IMG/VR virus record: IMGVR_UViG_3300045988_126875
DNA: 64,000 nt
From: a virus
Direction: 5' to 3' (one strand)
Position numbers and translations under genes: made by a program. The notes below the pieces were generated by a model. The model worked only from the letters and a program-made list of their open reading frames with translations, was not told the origin of the DNA and searched no databases. Position 1 is the first letter of the stretch. Every line of letters starts with the position of its first letter. This document shows positions 29,505 through 38,407 of this stretch, piece by piece.

Positions 29505-29887
29505 TATTTTACCACCCTTTCTACGTGTTTAATTAATACTACTGCTATTCCCTTACCGGTTTTTATCGCACATTCCGATCCTTTTATCCATTCTACACAC
29601 CCTACATACGTTTCCGTAGTATGAAATCCGGGATTGTATTTTCCAGATGTACTGAACTCTACCGTATCCCCTACCCTCAGATCATCAAAAGCAATAGACC
29701 ATGTGGTCCAAATTCTGTCATGTCTCCCAGGCTGAATGACCCCGATTACGCCTTTTTTACGACCGTTTTTTATTGCCCTTAGTATTATCTTCCTATCACC
29801 TTCGATAAGGCTGCAAAAGCGCCCGTAAAAGGTTAAATCAACCTGTTTTCCTCCTATTTCTTCTCTTATTTTTGTTATTCTGTCCAT
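29504..29887 (-). CDS. hypothetical protein
   Basis: 127 aa. Confidence 0.4.
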   Translation of the reverse strand: MDRITKIREEIGGKQVDLTFYGRFCSLIEGDRKIILRAIKNGRKKGVIGVIQPGRHDRIWTTWSIAFDDLRVGDTVEFSTSGKYNPGFHTTETYVGCVEWIKGSECAIKTGKGIAVVLIKHVERVVK

Positions 29888-30131
29888 TTTCTGATTTTGT
29901 TTTATTTTTTTCTTTGTTTTTTCTATCTTCTATAGAAGATGATAATAACATTATCTTTTCTATGTTACTTTTTGACTGTAAAAAAGAATCGCATTTCATT
30001 ACCACTACCACCTTCTTAAGTTCCCCATTATCGTATAGCGATACACGCATCATGTTTTGTGCCTCGTCCACTATCAGACCTGGAGTAGTCTTAGCCATTT
30101 TGCGTAGCTTATTATACTCCGGTCTTTTCAT
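29838..30131 (-). CDS. hypothetical protein with basic tail
   Basis: 97 aa. Confidence 0.3.
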   Translation of the reverse strand: MKRPEYNKLRKMAKTTPGLIVDEAQNMMRVSLYDNGELKKVVVVMKCDSFLQSKSNIEKIMLLSSSIEDRKNKEKNKTKSENGQNNKNKRRNRRKTG

Positions 30132-30396
30132 TTCCTCTGTTTATTACTCTATAGTATTTATCCTTATCCCCTTCTTTCAACTTCTCCAGATAGAAAATTC
30201 CATCATGTAAATGAGACAAACAAAACCTGTATCCGTATTTCTGTACTCTTCTTACATGATCCCGCAGTCTTATCTCTTCACTTTTGTCTTGTACTTTGAT
30301 TTTAATACTGTCTCCTTCTTTGATTGTGTATAAAATAGTTTGAATCTCTTCTCTTTTCATCTTATAAAATATTTTAACGGCAGCACCTATACTCAC
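30112..30396 (-). CDS. hypothetical protein
   Basis: 94 aa. Confidence 0.35.
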   Translation of the reverse strand: MSIGAAVKIFYKMKREEIQTILYTIKEGDSIKIKVQDKSEEIRLRDHVRRVQKYGYRFCLSHLHDGIFYLEKLKEGDKDKYYRVINRGNEKTGV

Positions 30397-30423
30397 GCAC
30401 CACTACTGCCTTATGTTTAACAA

Positions 30424-31233
30424 TTAAATACTTAACTCTTCAATGGTCAAGCCTTTTTCTTTTGCCCACTTTAGCATCGCGCATAATTCTGTTTCTGACT
30501 TATATTTCGGATCACGCCACGCCCATCCGAATTTATCCAGGACATGATGATATAATTCGTCGGCCTTTGCCGTGTAAATGTCTTTGAATAAATGCTCCGA
30601 ACCTTCTGGTATAAGCATCTCTGTTGTTGCAAAATCGGAATACGACAAACATCCGTAAGCATATTCTGTTATTTCACTCCACGCTTCTCCGGCTTTAAAT
30701 CCAAATTCTTTTACAAAAGCCAAAGTTAGATACATATTTAATAATATTGTTGCATCATATCCAGAATCCGACTTTCTTTCTATTATTTTCTTTTCAAATT
30801 CCTTTAAATCATCAGGTCCTAAAAAGATGTATCCTGATACTGACCGATAATTAGCTTCCGCATACTTCTTGCATTTATCATCATTAATAATCTTACCAAT
30901 GTTAGATAACATCTTTCGCCTCCATTCATCACAAAACTCTATCCTTACATCCATCCAATCAGTACCATAATTGCGATCTTTTGGATATCCGACCGATGTT
31001 ACCTTTATGTTATTCACACCATATTCATAAAGGCGTTCGCCCACCTTATTCGCCCATTCCTGTACAAAAGGAATAAACTTATTGCAATAAGAATCAAAAT
31101 CAAAATCCGATTCTTCTTCATATTCCGGCATCTCATCATATTCCTGTGAAAAGAAATGACGCGGGTCTGCTACTGTTTCATAAAAACTTACGTTAATGAA
31201 ACAAAATTCGTTGGTTGTTGTTTTTAATATCAT
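30424..31233 (-). CDS. hypothetical protein
   Basis: 269 aa. Confidence 0.45.
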   Translation of the reverse strand: MILKTTTNEFCFINVSFYETVADPRHFFSQEYDEMPEYEEESDFDFDSYCNKFIPFVQEWANKVGERLYEYGVNNIKVTSVGYPKDRNYGTDWMDVRIEFCDEWRRKMLSNIGKIINDDKCKKYAEANYRSVSGYIFLGPDDLKEFEKKIIERKSDSGYDATILLNMYLTLAFVKEFGFKAGEAWSEITEYAYGCLSYSDFATTEMLIPEGSEHLFKDIYTAKADELYHHVLDKFGWAWRDPKYKSETELCAMLKWAKEKGLTIEELSI

Positions 31234-31484
31234 AGCTTTTTGTATTTACGTACATTTTTCTTGCCATAGAATCTACACATGGCACGAATCTGACTATAAA
31301 ATACTTTTGTCCTCCTGGCCTCAAAGTATTTAAACATTTCTTCATTCTTTGTTTCCCACACGTAATCCGTTTGAGAACTCATGTGATTTTTGTCCTTGCG
31401 TGAATAATGGTAATATGATACCACAACACGTTTCGCACCATTCTTTACAGGTACGATATTCACATCTATGTTATTATCTGTCAT
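31230..31484 (-). CDS. hypothetical protein
   Basis: 84 aa. Confidence 0.35.
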   Translation of the reverse strand: MTDNNIDVNIVPVKNGAKRVVVSYYHYSRKDKNHMSSQTDYVWETKNEEMFKYFEARRTKVFYSQIRAMCRFYGKKNVRKYKKL

Positions 31485-31603
31485 ATTATTATCGTTCTAT
31501 TCATTATACAAATACAAAGAGCGCATACCTTCACAGGCCGGCGCTCCTTTCAGTAAAAATGAAAAAACTAATATTACATAAACATATTGTTTTCTACTCT
31601 TTA

Positions 31604-31837
31604 TTACAATACTTTTGTTCCGCAATTATTATATCTTCCGTACTCTTTTTTCGTATCATTCAAGATTTCAAAAACCATCTTCTTGTGATCTTCGTTTGGT
31701 AACCTATCCTTAACAGCCGATATTACGCCCGCTATAGACGTAAAGCCTGAATCTGTTATTGAACACAGCAACACGCCTCTGTCGGCTCCGGTGCTTATTG
31801 CTGACGCCTTTATAATATCATTCTTATATATTTTCAT
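31604..31837 (-). CDS. hypothetical protein
   Basis: 77 aa. Confidence 0.35.
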   Translation of the reverse strand: MKIYKNDIIKASAISTGADRGVLLCSITDSGFTSIAGVISAVKDRLPNEDHKKMVFEILNDTKKEYGRYNNCGTKVL

Positions 31838-31857
31838 AACTTTTTTGTTTTATTGTT

Positions 31858-31955
31858 TGTGAGATGCCCAGAATCGAACCAGGACCGGCACATACGCACC
31901 GGCACGCCGCGTCATCCCCTCTATGATGCAGAAATAGGCATGCCTATCCTCACGA
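31858..31955 (-). other. tRNA-like element 1 (T-arm GGTTCGATTC + acceptor-like 3' end, non-canonical body)
   Basis: minus-strand cctgg-ttcgatt-ctggg T-arm and ...atctcaca 3' end; no canonical D/anticodon arms in ~98 nt. Confidence 0.3.
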
Positions 31956-32012
31956 ACCGACATGCCAAAACCCAAAACTTAATTTGATGAATAAAATAGA
32001 TTAACAAAAATA

Positions 32013-32327
32013 CTATTCTAATTCTTTTATAATATCTTTCACAATATTCAGCCTTACCTCCTTCGTTTCTGGACTAATACAACCAAACCACCCATAAAAC
32101 GTTCTTGTTTCCTCTGGTTCTGTGGCCATACTTATCTTCTCCTCCAATTCCGGGAAATATATTCTCACCGTTTCGTCTGAACGAAACTCATAGATATTTT
32201 TATGTGTTTTGAAATACATAAACACTACATTTCTTAACGCAACACATATGTATTCCCCATCCTCTAACCTATCAATCATCTCATATACCTTTTTCCATAT
32301 GAATAATCGCTCTTCTTTTGTAAACAT
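32013..32327 (-). CDS. hypothetical protein
   Basis: 104 aa. Confidence 0.4.
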   Translation of the reverse strand: MFTKEERLFIWKKVYEMIDRLEDGEYICVALRNVVFMYFKTHKNIYEFRSDETVRIYFPELEEKISMATEPEETRTFYGWFGCISPETKEVRLNIVKDIIKELE

Positions 32328-32335
32328 ATCTTTCT

Positions 32336-32683
32336 TTATTTTTGTGGTATTATTTGACTGTACGCAGACTTTTCCATGTACACAATACTATGCTCCTGTC
32401 CAAATAGCTTCTTCGCTGCCTCTTTCTTTATCGCACAATATCTTCCTGTACGATACGGATTCTTTTGATCTGATCCATCCTCGACTTCGATAATAAAACA
32501 ACCTCCATCATCTATTATCTTTTTGCAATTGTCACATACTTCGCCCGTGCATATATGATGCGGCGCCTGCCCCTTGATGTTATTCCCTAATAAAGCAATC
32601 CCCATCTCTTCGCCACATATCATGCAAACTTCTATAGACGGATTCAATCCGTGTTCTGGATGTAATGTAATACCATCTTTCAT
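32336..32683 (-). CDS. hypothetical zinc-binding protein
   Basis: 115 aa with CMICG...HHICTGEVCDNC. Confidence 0.4.
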   Translation of the reverse strand: MKDGITLHPEHGLNPSIEVCMICGEEMGIALLGNNIKGQAPHHICTGEVCDNCKKIIDDGGCFIIEVEDGSDQKNPYRTGRYCAIKKEAAKKLFGQEHSIVYMEKSAYSQIIPQK

Positions 32684-32710
32684 TTTCTTTCCTCCTTTGT
32701 TTTTAATGTT

Positions 32711-32800
32711 GTGTGAGATCGCCGGAATCGAACCGACCTACCGCACCATGAATCCCATAAAGCAAATGCTCCGATCTTCGCAGATGGGAGCATTCTGTCT
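32711..32800 (-). other. tRNA-like element 2
   Basis: minus-strand gtcgg-ttcgatt-ccggc T-arm followed by gatctcacaca, same 3' motif as element 1; body non-canonical. Confidence 0.3.
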
Positions 32801-33024
32801 AAAGCATAAGAAAATTAATGAAGAAATTTTTCTCACTTACGCCATAGCATCTAAAATAGCTATCAACACTATTTCTATGACAAACATAATAGAAAATATC
32901 TTAAATGCCTTTTTCATATCGCTATCTCCTCCTTTTTATTTTTTTTAGTTCCACAATAAACTGTTCCGGCTCTGCTCCGACCTACGTTCCACCTACAACC
33001 GCAGGCCTTAGCCCAAGGCGCCGC

Positions 33025-33285
33025 CTACTCCCCCTCTATGGCAGCCTGTTCGTACCTACAACACCAGTCTCTATCTATACAACTATCACTACGCGATAAC
33101 AAACATTTATCCTTATAACAATCATAAAAAATACACCTATCACAACTGTAATCCTTAACGTCTACACAGCTAACTACCTTAGCATATACTATACCATCAC
33201 TACCTTCTATTCCTTTCACCCCAAAAATAGAACCTTCTACCTCCTTACTCAAATCTAAGTCAGGCGCAAAGTCATATACGTTCAT
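33025..33285 (-). CDS. hypothetical Cys-rich protein
   Basis: 86 aa. Confidence 0.35.
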   Translation of the reverse strand: MNVYDFAPDLDLSKEVEGSIFGVKGIEGSDGIVYAKVVSCVDVKDYSCDRCIFYDCYKDKCLLSRSDSCIDRDWCCRYEQAAIEGE

Positions 33286-33356
33286 GTTGTTTATGTTTTA
33301 ATTGTTATACATTCCGATTGAAAAAAATACTCACATAATGCAGTCCTTAACTCTTA

Positions 33357-33655
33357 CCTACAGAATACTGTTTTAAAAACGCTGTAAGTCTTAATTTTGT
33401 TGGAAAATCCTACAGAATGCTGTTTTAAAGCTCTGATCTGTTGAATTTTGCGGGAAGAAACTACAGAATGCTGTTTTAAAACTCTGATCTGCTGAATTTT
33501 GCGGGAAGAAACTACAGAATGCTGTTTTAAAGCTCTGATCTGCTGTTTTAAAGCTCTGATCTGCTGTTTTAAAGCTCTGATCTGCTGAATTTTGCGGGAA
33601 GAAACTACATTATGCTGTTTTAAAGCTCTGATCTGCTGAATTTTGCGGGAAGAAA
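33357..33655. repeat. tandem 51-bp repeat array (~5.5 units) with nested triplicated 21-bp sub-repeat
   Basis: Unit ctacagaatgctgttttaaagctctgatctgctgaattttgcgggaagaaa at 33410, 33461, 33512 (with ctgttttaaagctctgatctg x3), 33605; degenerate unit at 33357. Confidence 0.85.
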
Positions 33656-33658
33656 GTG

Positions 33659-33716
33659 CCCTCCCCCTCCCTCCCTCTCTCCCTCCCTCTCCCTCCCTCC
33701 CTCTCCCCCTCTCCAA
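33659..33716. repeat. CT-rich (polypyrimidine) low-complexity tract
   Basis: 58 nt composed only of C/T (ccctcc/ctctcc motifs). Confidence 0.85.
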
Positions 33717-33874
33717 CCCCGGCTAATCCTCCGGCTTTCCGCATAGAACCTACGCTCTGGAGCCTCGCTACCGGCATACGGAGAGCGCTACAAGCTTATA
33801 CTCTGGCATGAAGTGTTGGGTGTTTGGAGATAATATCATTCCATAGAGAGAATAGAAAGTATTCAGCCCACGCC

Positions 33875-34060
33875 CTACCGCCTGCTCCTCCTATCAAGAT
33901 AGATATTTAAGCCTATAATCAAAGCCAATAAGGAAAAGCAAAAGACCATTACAATATTATACTGATCCGGTCCGTACTCCAACATAGAACGAATACCAAC
34001 CGACAGAAAATACAAGTCAGCTACTAATAAAAACCACCACATAAAACAAAAAAAATACAA
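33875..34060 (-). CDS. small 2-TM membrane protein
   Basis: 61 aa with two hydrophobic helices; inside non-coding hub, so uncertain. Confidence 0.3.
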   Translation of the reverse strand: MYFFCFMWWFLLVADLYFLSVGIRSMLEYGPDQYNIVMVFCFSLLALIIGLNIYLDRRSRR

Positions 34061-34413
34061 TAAGTATGTCCGAAAATACGGGTATTATAAAACCTAACTA
34101 ATTAATAATCAAGCATACCTCATTTTTGAGAAAAATACAATAAGCCCAATTTTCAATCCATAGAGACGAAAAAGGCGGCATCCGACACCCTATTTTGGGT
34201 CAGAAAACCGCCTAAAGTTTCGTTTTAAACCAATTTTAACGACATGATATAGACAAAATACCGGCATTATATCCAAACTATCATATTTTAGTTTCGTTTT
34301 AGACCAATATAGCTCACATCCGCCGTTCACTCTCAGAATATCCTACCCGTAAATAGAAAGAGTATGATACAAAAATAGGGCTGCTCCGATATTCGGAACA
34401 ACCCTACTCCTGT

Positions 34414-34620
34414 TTAAATACTGTTTATGTTTTCCTTCACGTATGTTCGTGATGTATGGACTTTGCGTTTGCATTTGTCCTTTCCCGTATCGGCATGATA
34501 CGCTTCTTTGAGATCACGATACAATATAAATTCACGATACGCTCTTTTCCGCTTTTCTTTAGCTTCTTTCCTGGACAGACCGCGGACATCTACCATATAA
34601 GATTTAAATTTCCTTTCCAT
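34414..34620 (-). CDS. hypothetical small basic protein
   Basis: 68 aa K/R-rich. Confidence 0.35.
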   Translation of the reverse strand: MERKFKSYMVDVRGLSRKEAKEKRKRAYREFILYRDLKEAYHADTGKDKCKRKVHTSRTYVKENINSI

Positions 34621-34642
34621 TTTCTTTATGCTTTAATTATGA

Positions 34643-34810
34643 TTAACTCCATCTATTAAGTGCTTCAATATAGAAACTCTCCGCCTCTTTATACTCATTT
34701 TCACTAAGTGTTTCCACCGTCTCGATATAGTTACGCAATGTTATTTTTACGCAACTGTTTTTAGATTTATTGAACGCTTCAATTAAAGCGTTGATCATTG
34801 CTTTCTTTTC
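34643..34810 (-). CDS. hypothetical small protein (55 aa; below ORF-track cutoff)
   Basis: Hand-translated MEKKAMINALIEAFNKSKNSCVKITLRNYIETVETLSENEYKEAESFYIEALNRWS; immediately upstream of 34414-34620. Confidence 0.3.
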   Translation of the reverse strand, partial: EKKAMINALIEAFNKSKNSCVKITLRNYIETVETLSENEYKEAESFYIEALNRWS

Positions 34811-34835
34811 CATGCTATTATATTATTTATAATTT

Positions 34836-34912
34836 AGAGGTTGCTCCGGAATCGAACCGGACACGCATTCCTATCCTATAGAGATTTTATGCTACAACCA
34901 ACAGCCCGTAAT
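34836..34912 (-). other. tRNA-like element 3
   Basis: minus-strand tccgg-ttcgatt-ccgga T-arm + gcaacct acceptor-like end; body too short (~61 nt) for canonical tRNA. Confidence 0.3.
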
Positions 34913-35368
34913 TAGTACGTAGTTCTTGCGTACAGGCCCGTACTATGCTGTTATTATATTTTCCGTCTGCTACACAACTTAGCCACAAATAAAGGCGATT
35001 GTGTCCTTGCGCTTTGATACGGCACGTCCCTACATGGTAGGCTACATGCTTGTACCCTGTAATTTAATCTACAGCCTTGTTCTATTTTTTCGTGTAAGCA
35101 AGTAAGACACGTTTCGATCTGGAGATAAACCTCGTACAACGGCATGTTTTCCAAACTGTAATCACATACCTAACATGAATTACGCCTATTCGGGTGATTC
35201 ATGCAGTAATACCAGCCCTTTAATTGCCAACGGCAAGGGCAACGGTATATCTATCTCCAATATGTAAAATAACTCTCTTTTTGTCAGCTTTAGTCTAAAG
35301 CATACGCGGGACGTGCACCCTCTGACAATGGCGTACAAGCGCGTTTAACGGTACGCGCCTAACCTTTT

Positions 35369-35908
35369 TTACTGCTGGTTGCTTTCATGCGTTAAATACT
35401 CACTCACACACTTTGCAATGGTACGAATCGAATAAGATTTAATCTTAACGGCTACGTAGGTAGCTTTATATTCATCCGTTTCTTTAACAAGCCACTTTGC
35501 GCTTTTTTTAGTCTCCAACGTTTCAGCGGTTGAAAAACCGAAAGATTTATACTCCCCGCCATAAATCACATTTTCCGCGCACCAGTCGGCCGTTTTTGCC
35601 TCGATTCCTTTCTCCTTGTCTACCTTGTTATCCTTATATACTTTAGAGTATAGAGAAAATTTAACAAAGGTATCACCCACTTTAGGTAACATTTGGCTAC
35701 ACACGGCAACCAGCCGTTTTTTGTCCTTTGCGAGTGCTGCAACCTTTACAGCATATTCGGCTGGCATTTCCAACGTCTTACAAATCGCTTTCAGGTCAGC
35801 ACCATTGGAAAATAGAGCGTTGTACAACTTAACCGCACCTACCAAATTAGAGGCATTCTCTTTAATAACAGCGTTTTGCAGCTTGTTTACATTCTTTTTT
35901 GTAATCAT
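35369..35908 (-). CDS. hypothetical protein
   Basis: 179 aa. Confidence 0.5.
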   Translation of the reverse strand: MITKKNVNKLQNAVIKENASNLVGAVKLYNALFSNGADLKAICKTLEMPAEYAVKVAALAKDKKRLVAVCSQMLPKVGDTFVKFSLYSKVYKDNKVDKEKGIEAKTADWCAENVIYGGEYKSFGFSTAETLETKKSAKWLVKETDEYKATYVAVKIKSYSIRTIAKCVSEYLTHESNQQ

Positions 35909-36130
35909 AATTCTAATATATTTTAATTGTTAAACAAATGATATTCAATTTAATGACCCACAACTCAGGCAATTAACAGATACAAATATAGTTAGCCCAA
36001 CGGGTACACTATATAAGTTCATCATATCAACTCGAGATCTCTCTCGATCACGACGCAAATATACGACATTTATCAATACTACAAATATATATGCTATATT
36101 TTTTTTGTTAACTTGTATTAATTTCGATTC

Positions 36131-36290
36131 TATTATCTGATTATCAGTGAGTTACAAAAGCGTACAAGAGTAGTATTACACGCGTACATTAATATGTGGG
36201 ATATATGTTTATTTAAGTGGCTTATAATCAATATGTTATAATAATACATTGATTATCAATAATTTAAATAAACTGTTGATAATCAGCGAG
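36131..36290. promoter_or_regulatory. cluster of three TGAT(A/T)ATCA palindromes (operator-like sites)
   Basis: ctgattatcag at 36137-36147, tgattatca at 36250-36258, tgataatcag at 36276-36285. Confidence 0.5.
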
Positions 36291-36396
36291 TTTGTGGGTT
36301 TAAGATAAAAATGCGTTTCCGGTTTTCCAGCGAAGGGGGTGTGGGGGAGAAAACGCGTTTCGGGGGCGGGGGGTTCGTGGTAGGTACCCCCTCTCC

Positions 36397-36512
36397 CCCA
36401 TCGCACAAACCTATTTCTGTCCCTCTCCCCCATCGCACAAACCTATTTCTGTCCCTCTCCCCCATCACACAAACCTATTTCTGTCTTTCCCACATCGCAC
36501 AAACCTATTTCT
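36397..36512. repeat. four tandem ~32-bp iterons (cccatcgcacaaacctatttctgtccctctcc), preceded by G-run/GC-rich block and aaacgcgttt palindrome
   Basis: Copies at 36397, 36429, 36461 (variant), 36491 (truncated); candidate origin/partition site. Confidence 0.8.
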
Positions 36513-36603
36513 CATTTTATCATCATCACACCCGCCTCTCCACGCAACACAAAAAAATAGGATTGATAGAAACCAATCCTATTTAAAACACGACCTTATT
36601 AAT

Positions 36604-37563
36604 TTATTGAATTGAAGTAAGTTTGTGGTTTTCAAGGAAGTCCTTAAATTGGTCGCTTGATACGTCTATAACGAATCCAGCAGCACCGGCATGTCCTCCA
36701 CCACCGAATCTCTTACTTACCTCACAGCAATCTACGCCGTCTTCTACGCATTTGTAAAGAGAGAACCTAACTTTTCCACCTGGCATGATACAGAATGGCA
36801 TCAGGGCTTTAATTTTTCTACCATCTAACCAGTCAGGTGTAAGAGAATCAAATACCTTAGAACCTGATTCAGCGGTATTCATCGCCACGACCTTCACCTC
36901 ATCGACGTGCGCTTCGAACGAACACCTACTTACCTCATCTTCGTTTTTACCAGCCATGTAGTTAATTATAGCACGTCCTTCTTTAGCGAGATCATAAAAA
37001 ATAAGATCAATTTCATTGTCTTTCATATTTTCTTTAAAGTGATCATACAAGTACGACAATGCTATTAACACATTGAGTCTTATTTTTGATCTCAAGGCAT
37101 ACTGGACAGCTACTACCGTATCCCAGCCTAAACCGGATTCTTTATTCCACACATCGTAGTCTGACAGGCACCGGACGATCGCCGGCACCTTCCCCATCAG
37201 CAGGTCCGAGGCCAGAGCGCACGCACCGACACCGACTCTCCTCAACCCTGGAACTACGAACCCCCATGTCTTACTATCTTCGATAATCCCCTTATGATGA
37301 TCTATCCACATCAGGCTCTTTCCTTCATCAAGCCATTTCTTGAAAACCGTTTTAGAATCGGCTCCGAAAGACACGTCAAGAACATAAACAACATCTAAGT
37401 CACGCACTTGGTCAACAACTTTCTTAACATCATCTTCATACGAATACGGGATATAAACAACGTCCTTGTTTTTACTGTGTTCATACATAGTTGCGATGGC
37501 TGCCGACACAACGCCATCTAAATCCGATTTATGATAAACTATCGCTGTTTTCTTTACTTTCAT
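36604..37563 (-). CDS. DHH-DHHA1 phosphoesterase (NrnA/RecJ-like)
   Basis: Motifs DLDGVVSA (DHH I), WIDHHKG (DHH III) and C-terminal GGGHAGAAGF (DHHA1 GGGH); 319 aa, NrnA-sized. Confidence 0.7.
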   Translation of the reverse strand: MKVKKTAIVYHKSDLDGVVSAAIATMYEHSKNKDVVYIPYSYEDDVKKVVDQVRDLDVVYVLDVSFGADSKTVFKKWLDEGKSLMWIDHHKGIIEDSKTWGFVVPGLRRVGVGACALASDLLMGKVPAIVRCLSDYDVWNKESGLGWDTVVAVQYALRSKIRLNVLIALSYLYDHFKENMKDNEIDLIFYDLAKEGRAIINYMAGKNEDEVSRCSFEAHVDEVKVVAMNTAESGSKVFDSLTPDWLDGRKIKALMPFCIMPGGKVRFSLYKCVEDGVDCCEVSKRFGGGGHAGAAGFVIDVSSDQFKDFLENHKLTSIQ

Positions 37564-38407
37564 GATACAAACTTGTATATTTGATACTACCGTCTTTTAA
37601 TGTTTCTATTTTTATAACATCACTATATAAATTGAAATTCTGATCTTTATCAATCCTTATATTCAGCACATCATCTACGGTTGCAGTTTTTCCATCATCG
37701 GTTTCAATCTTATAAAAATCTTTTAAAGTGATTTTTATATTAAGACCAACACCATATGGATTTTCAAGGATATATATATGATCGTTGTTGAGAATAACTA
37801 TTCCTTCACTTGTATGTTCTTTGGACAATACATACTCTAAATCAAGATCTTTACCAAGAAACTGAATAACGTCCATATAGTCAACGCCGGCCTTCTCAGC
37901 GCATACCTTATCCGAATCAGAGAACTGCCCTGGAAGACCACTGGCGTCCCCGACCATCAACGAACATCCCTTAAGTTGACTAAAGTTCATACCACGCATT
38001 ACCGTGTCTTTACACTTCATAAGAATATCATCAATCATGCCAGTGTTAGGCTTCCTCATCGGATCTTGTTCGTCATTTGAATAACACAACCTTTTTTCAT
38101 ATAGGACGCCTCTTATGCCTCTCTTTACCGCCAGATCATGTACGGACCTCAGTACGTATTCTATCTTAGCTTCAATATCAGCTCCAGAAACAAACCCAGC
38201 TTCTACTCCTCCTTGATTGCTTACGATAGCAAATACCTTAACACCGTTCTCCTGCATGAGGTCAAGAGCCTTATTCACCACATCCATCTTAATCCTCATA
38301 TCTGTCAAGTCTGTAGCGAACGTATTCCCAGAAGCGGTTTCTATAAGCGTCCCGTCAAAATCAAATAGCAGTATTCTTTTGTTTTTAATATCTATATCGT
38401 TCATCAT
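37529..38407 (-). CDS. HAD superfamily subfamily IIIA phosphatase (polynucleotide 3'-phosphatase-like)
   Basis: FDFDGTL (motif I DxDGT) and VSNQGG (IIIA signature SNQxG); overlaps DHH gene start by 35 nt. Confidence 0.65.
   Translation of the reverse strand: MMNDIDIKNKRILLFDFDGTLIETASGNTFATDLTDMRIKMDVVNKALDLMQENGVKVFAIVSNQGGVEAGFVSGADIEAKIEYVLRSVHDLAVKRGIRGVLYEKRLCYSNDEQDPMRKPNTGMIDDILMKCKDTVMRGMNFSQLKGCSLMVGDASGLPGQFSDSDKVCAEKAGVDYMDVIQFLGKDLDLEYVLSKEHTSEGIVILNNDHIYILENPYGVGLNIKITLKDFYKIETDDGKTATVDDVLNIRIDKDQNFNLYSDVIKIETLKDGSIKYTSLYHESKENSDSLS

Noticed and set aside
33354-33716. 120-aa minus-strand ORF (MERGRGREGEGG...RALKQQIRALKQ...)
   Set aside because: Pure translation of the 51-bp/21-bp tandem DNA repeats and CT tract; periodic peptide with no start context. 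Treated as a non-coding repeat.
36397-36512. Possible CRISPR array
   Set aside because: Repeats are directly abutting (no spacers) and degenerate toward one end; iterons, not CRISPR.
36236-36586. Three overlapping 61-91-aa G/P-rich ORFs on both strands
   Set aside because: They sit in the GC-rich G-run block and iteron array; composition-driven open frames, mutually overlapping, not genes.
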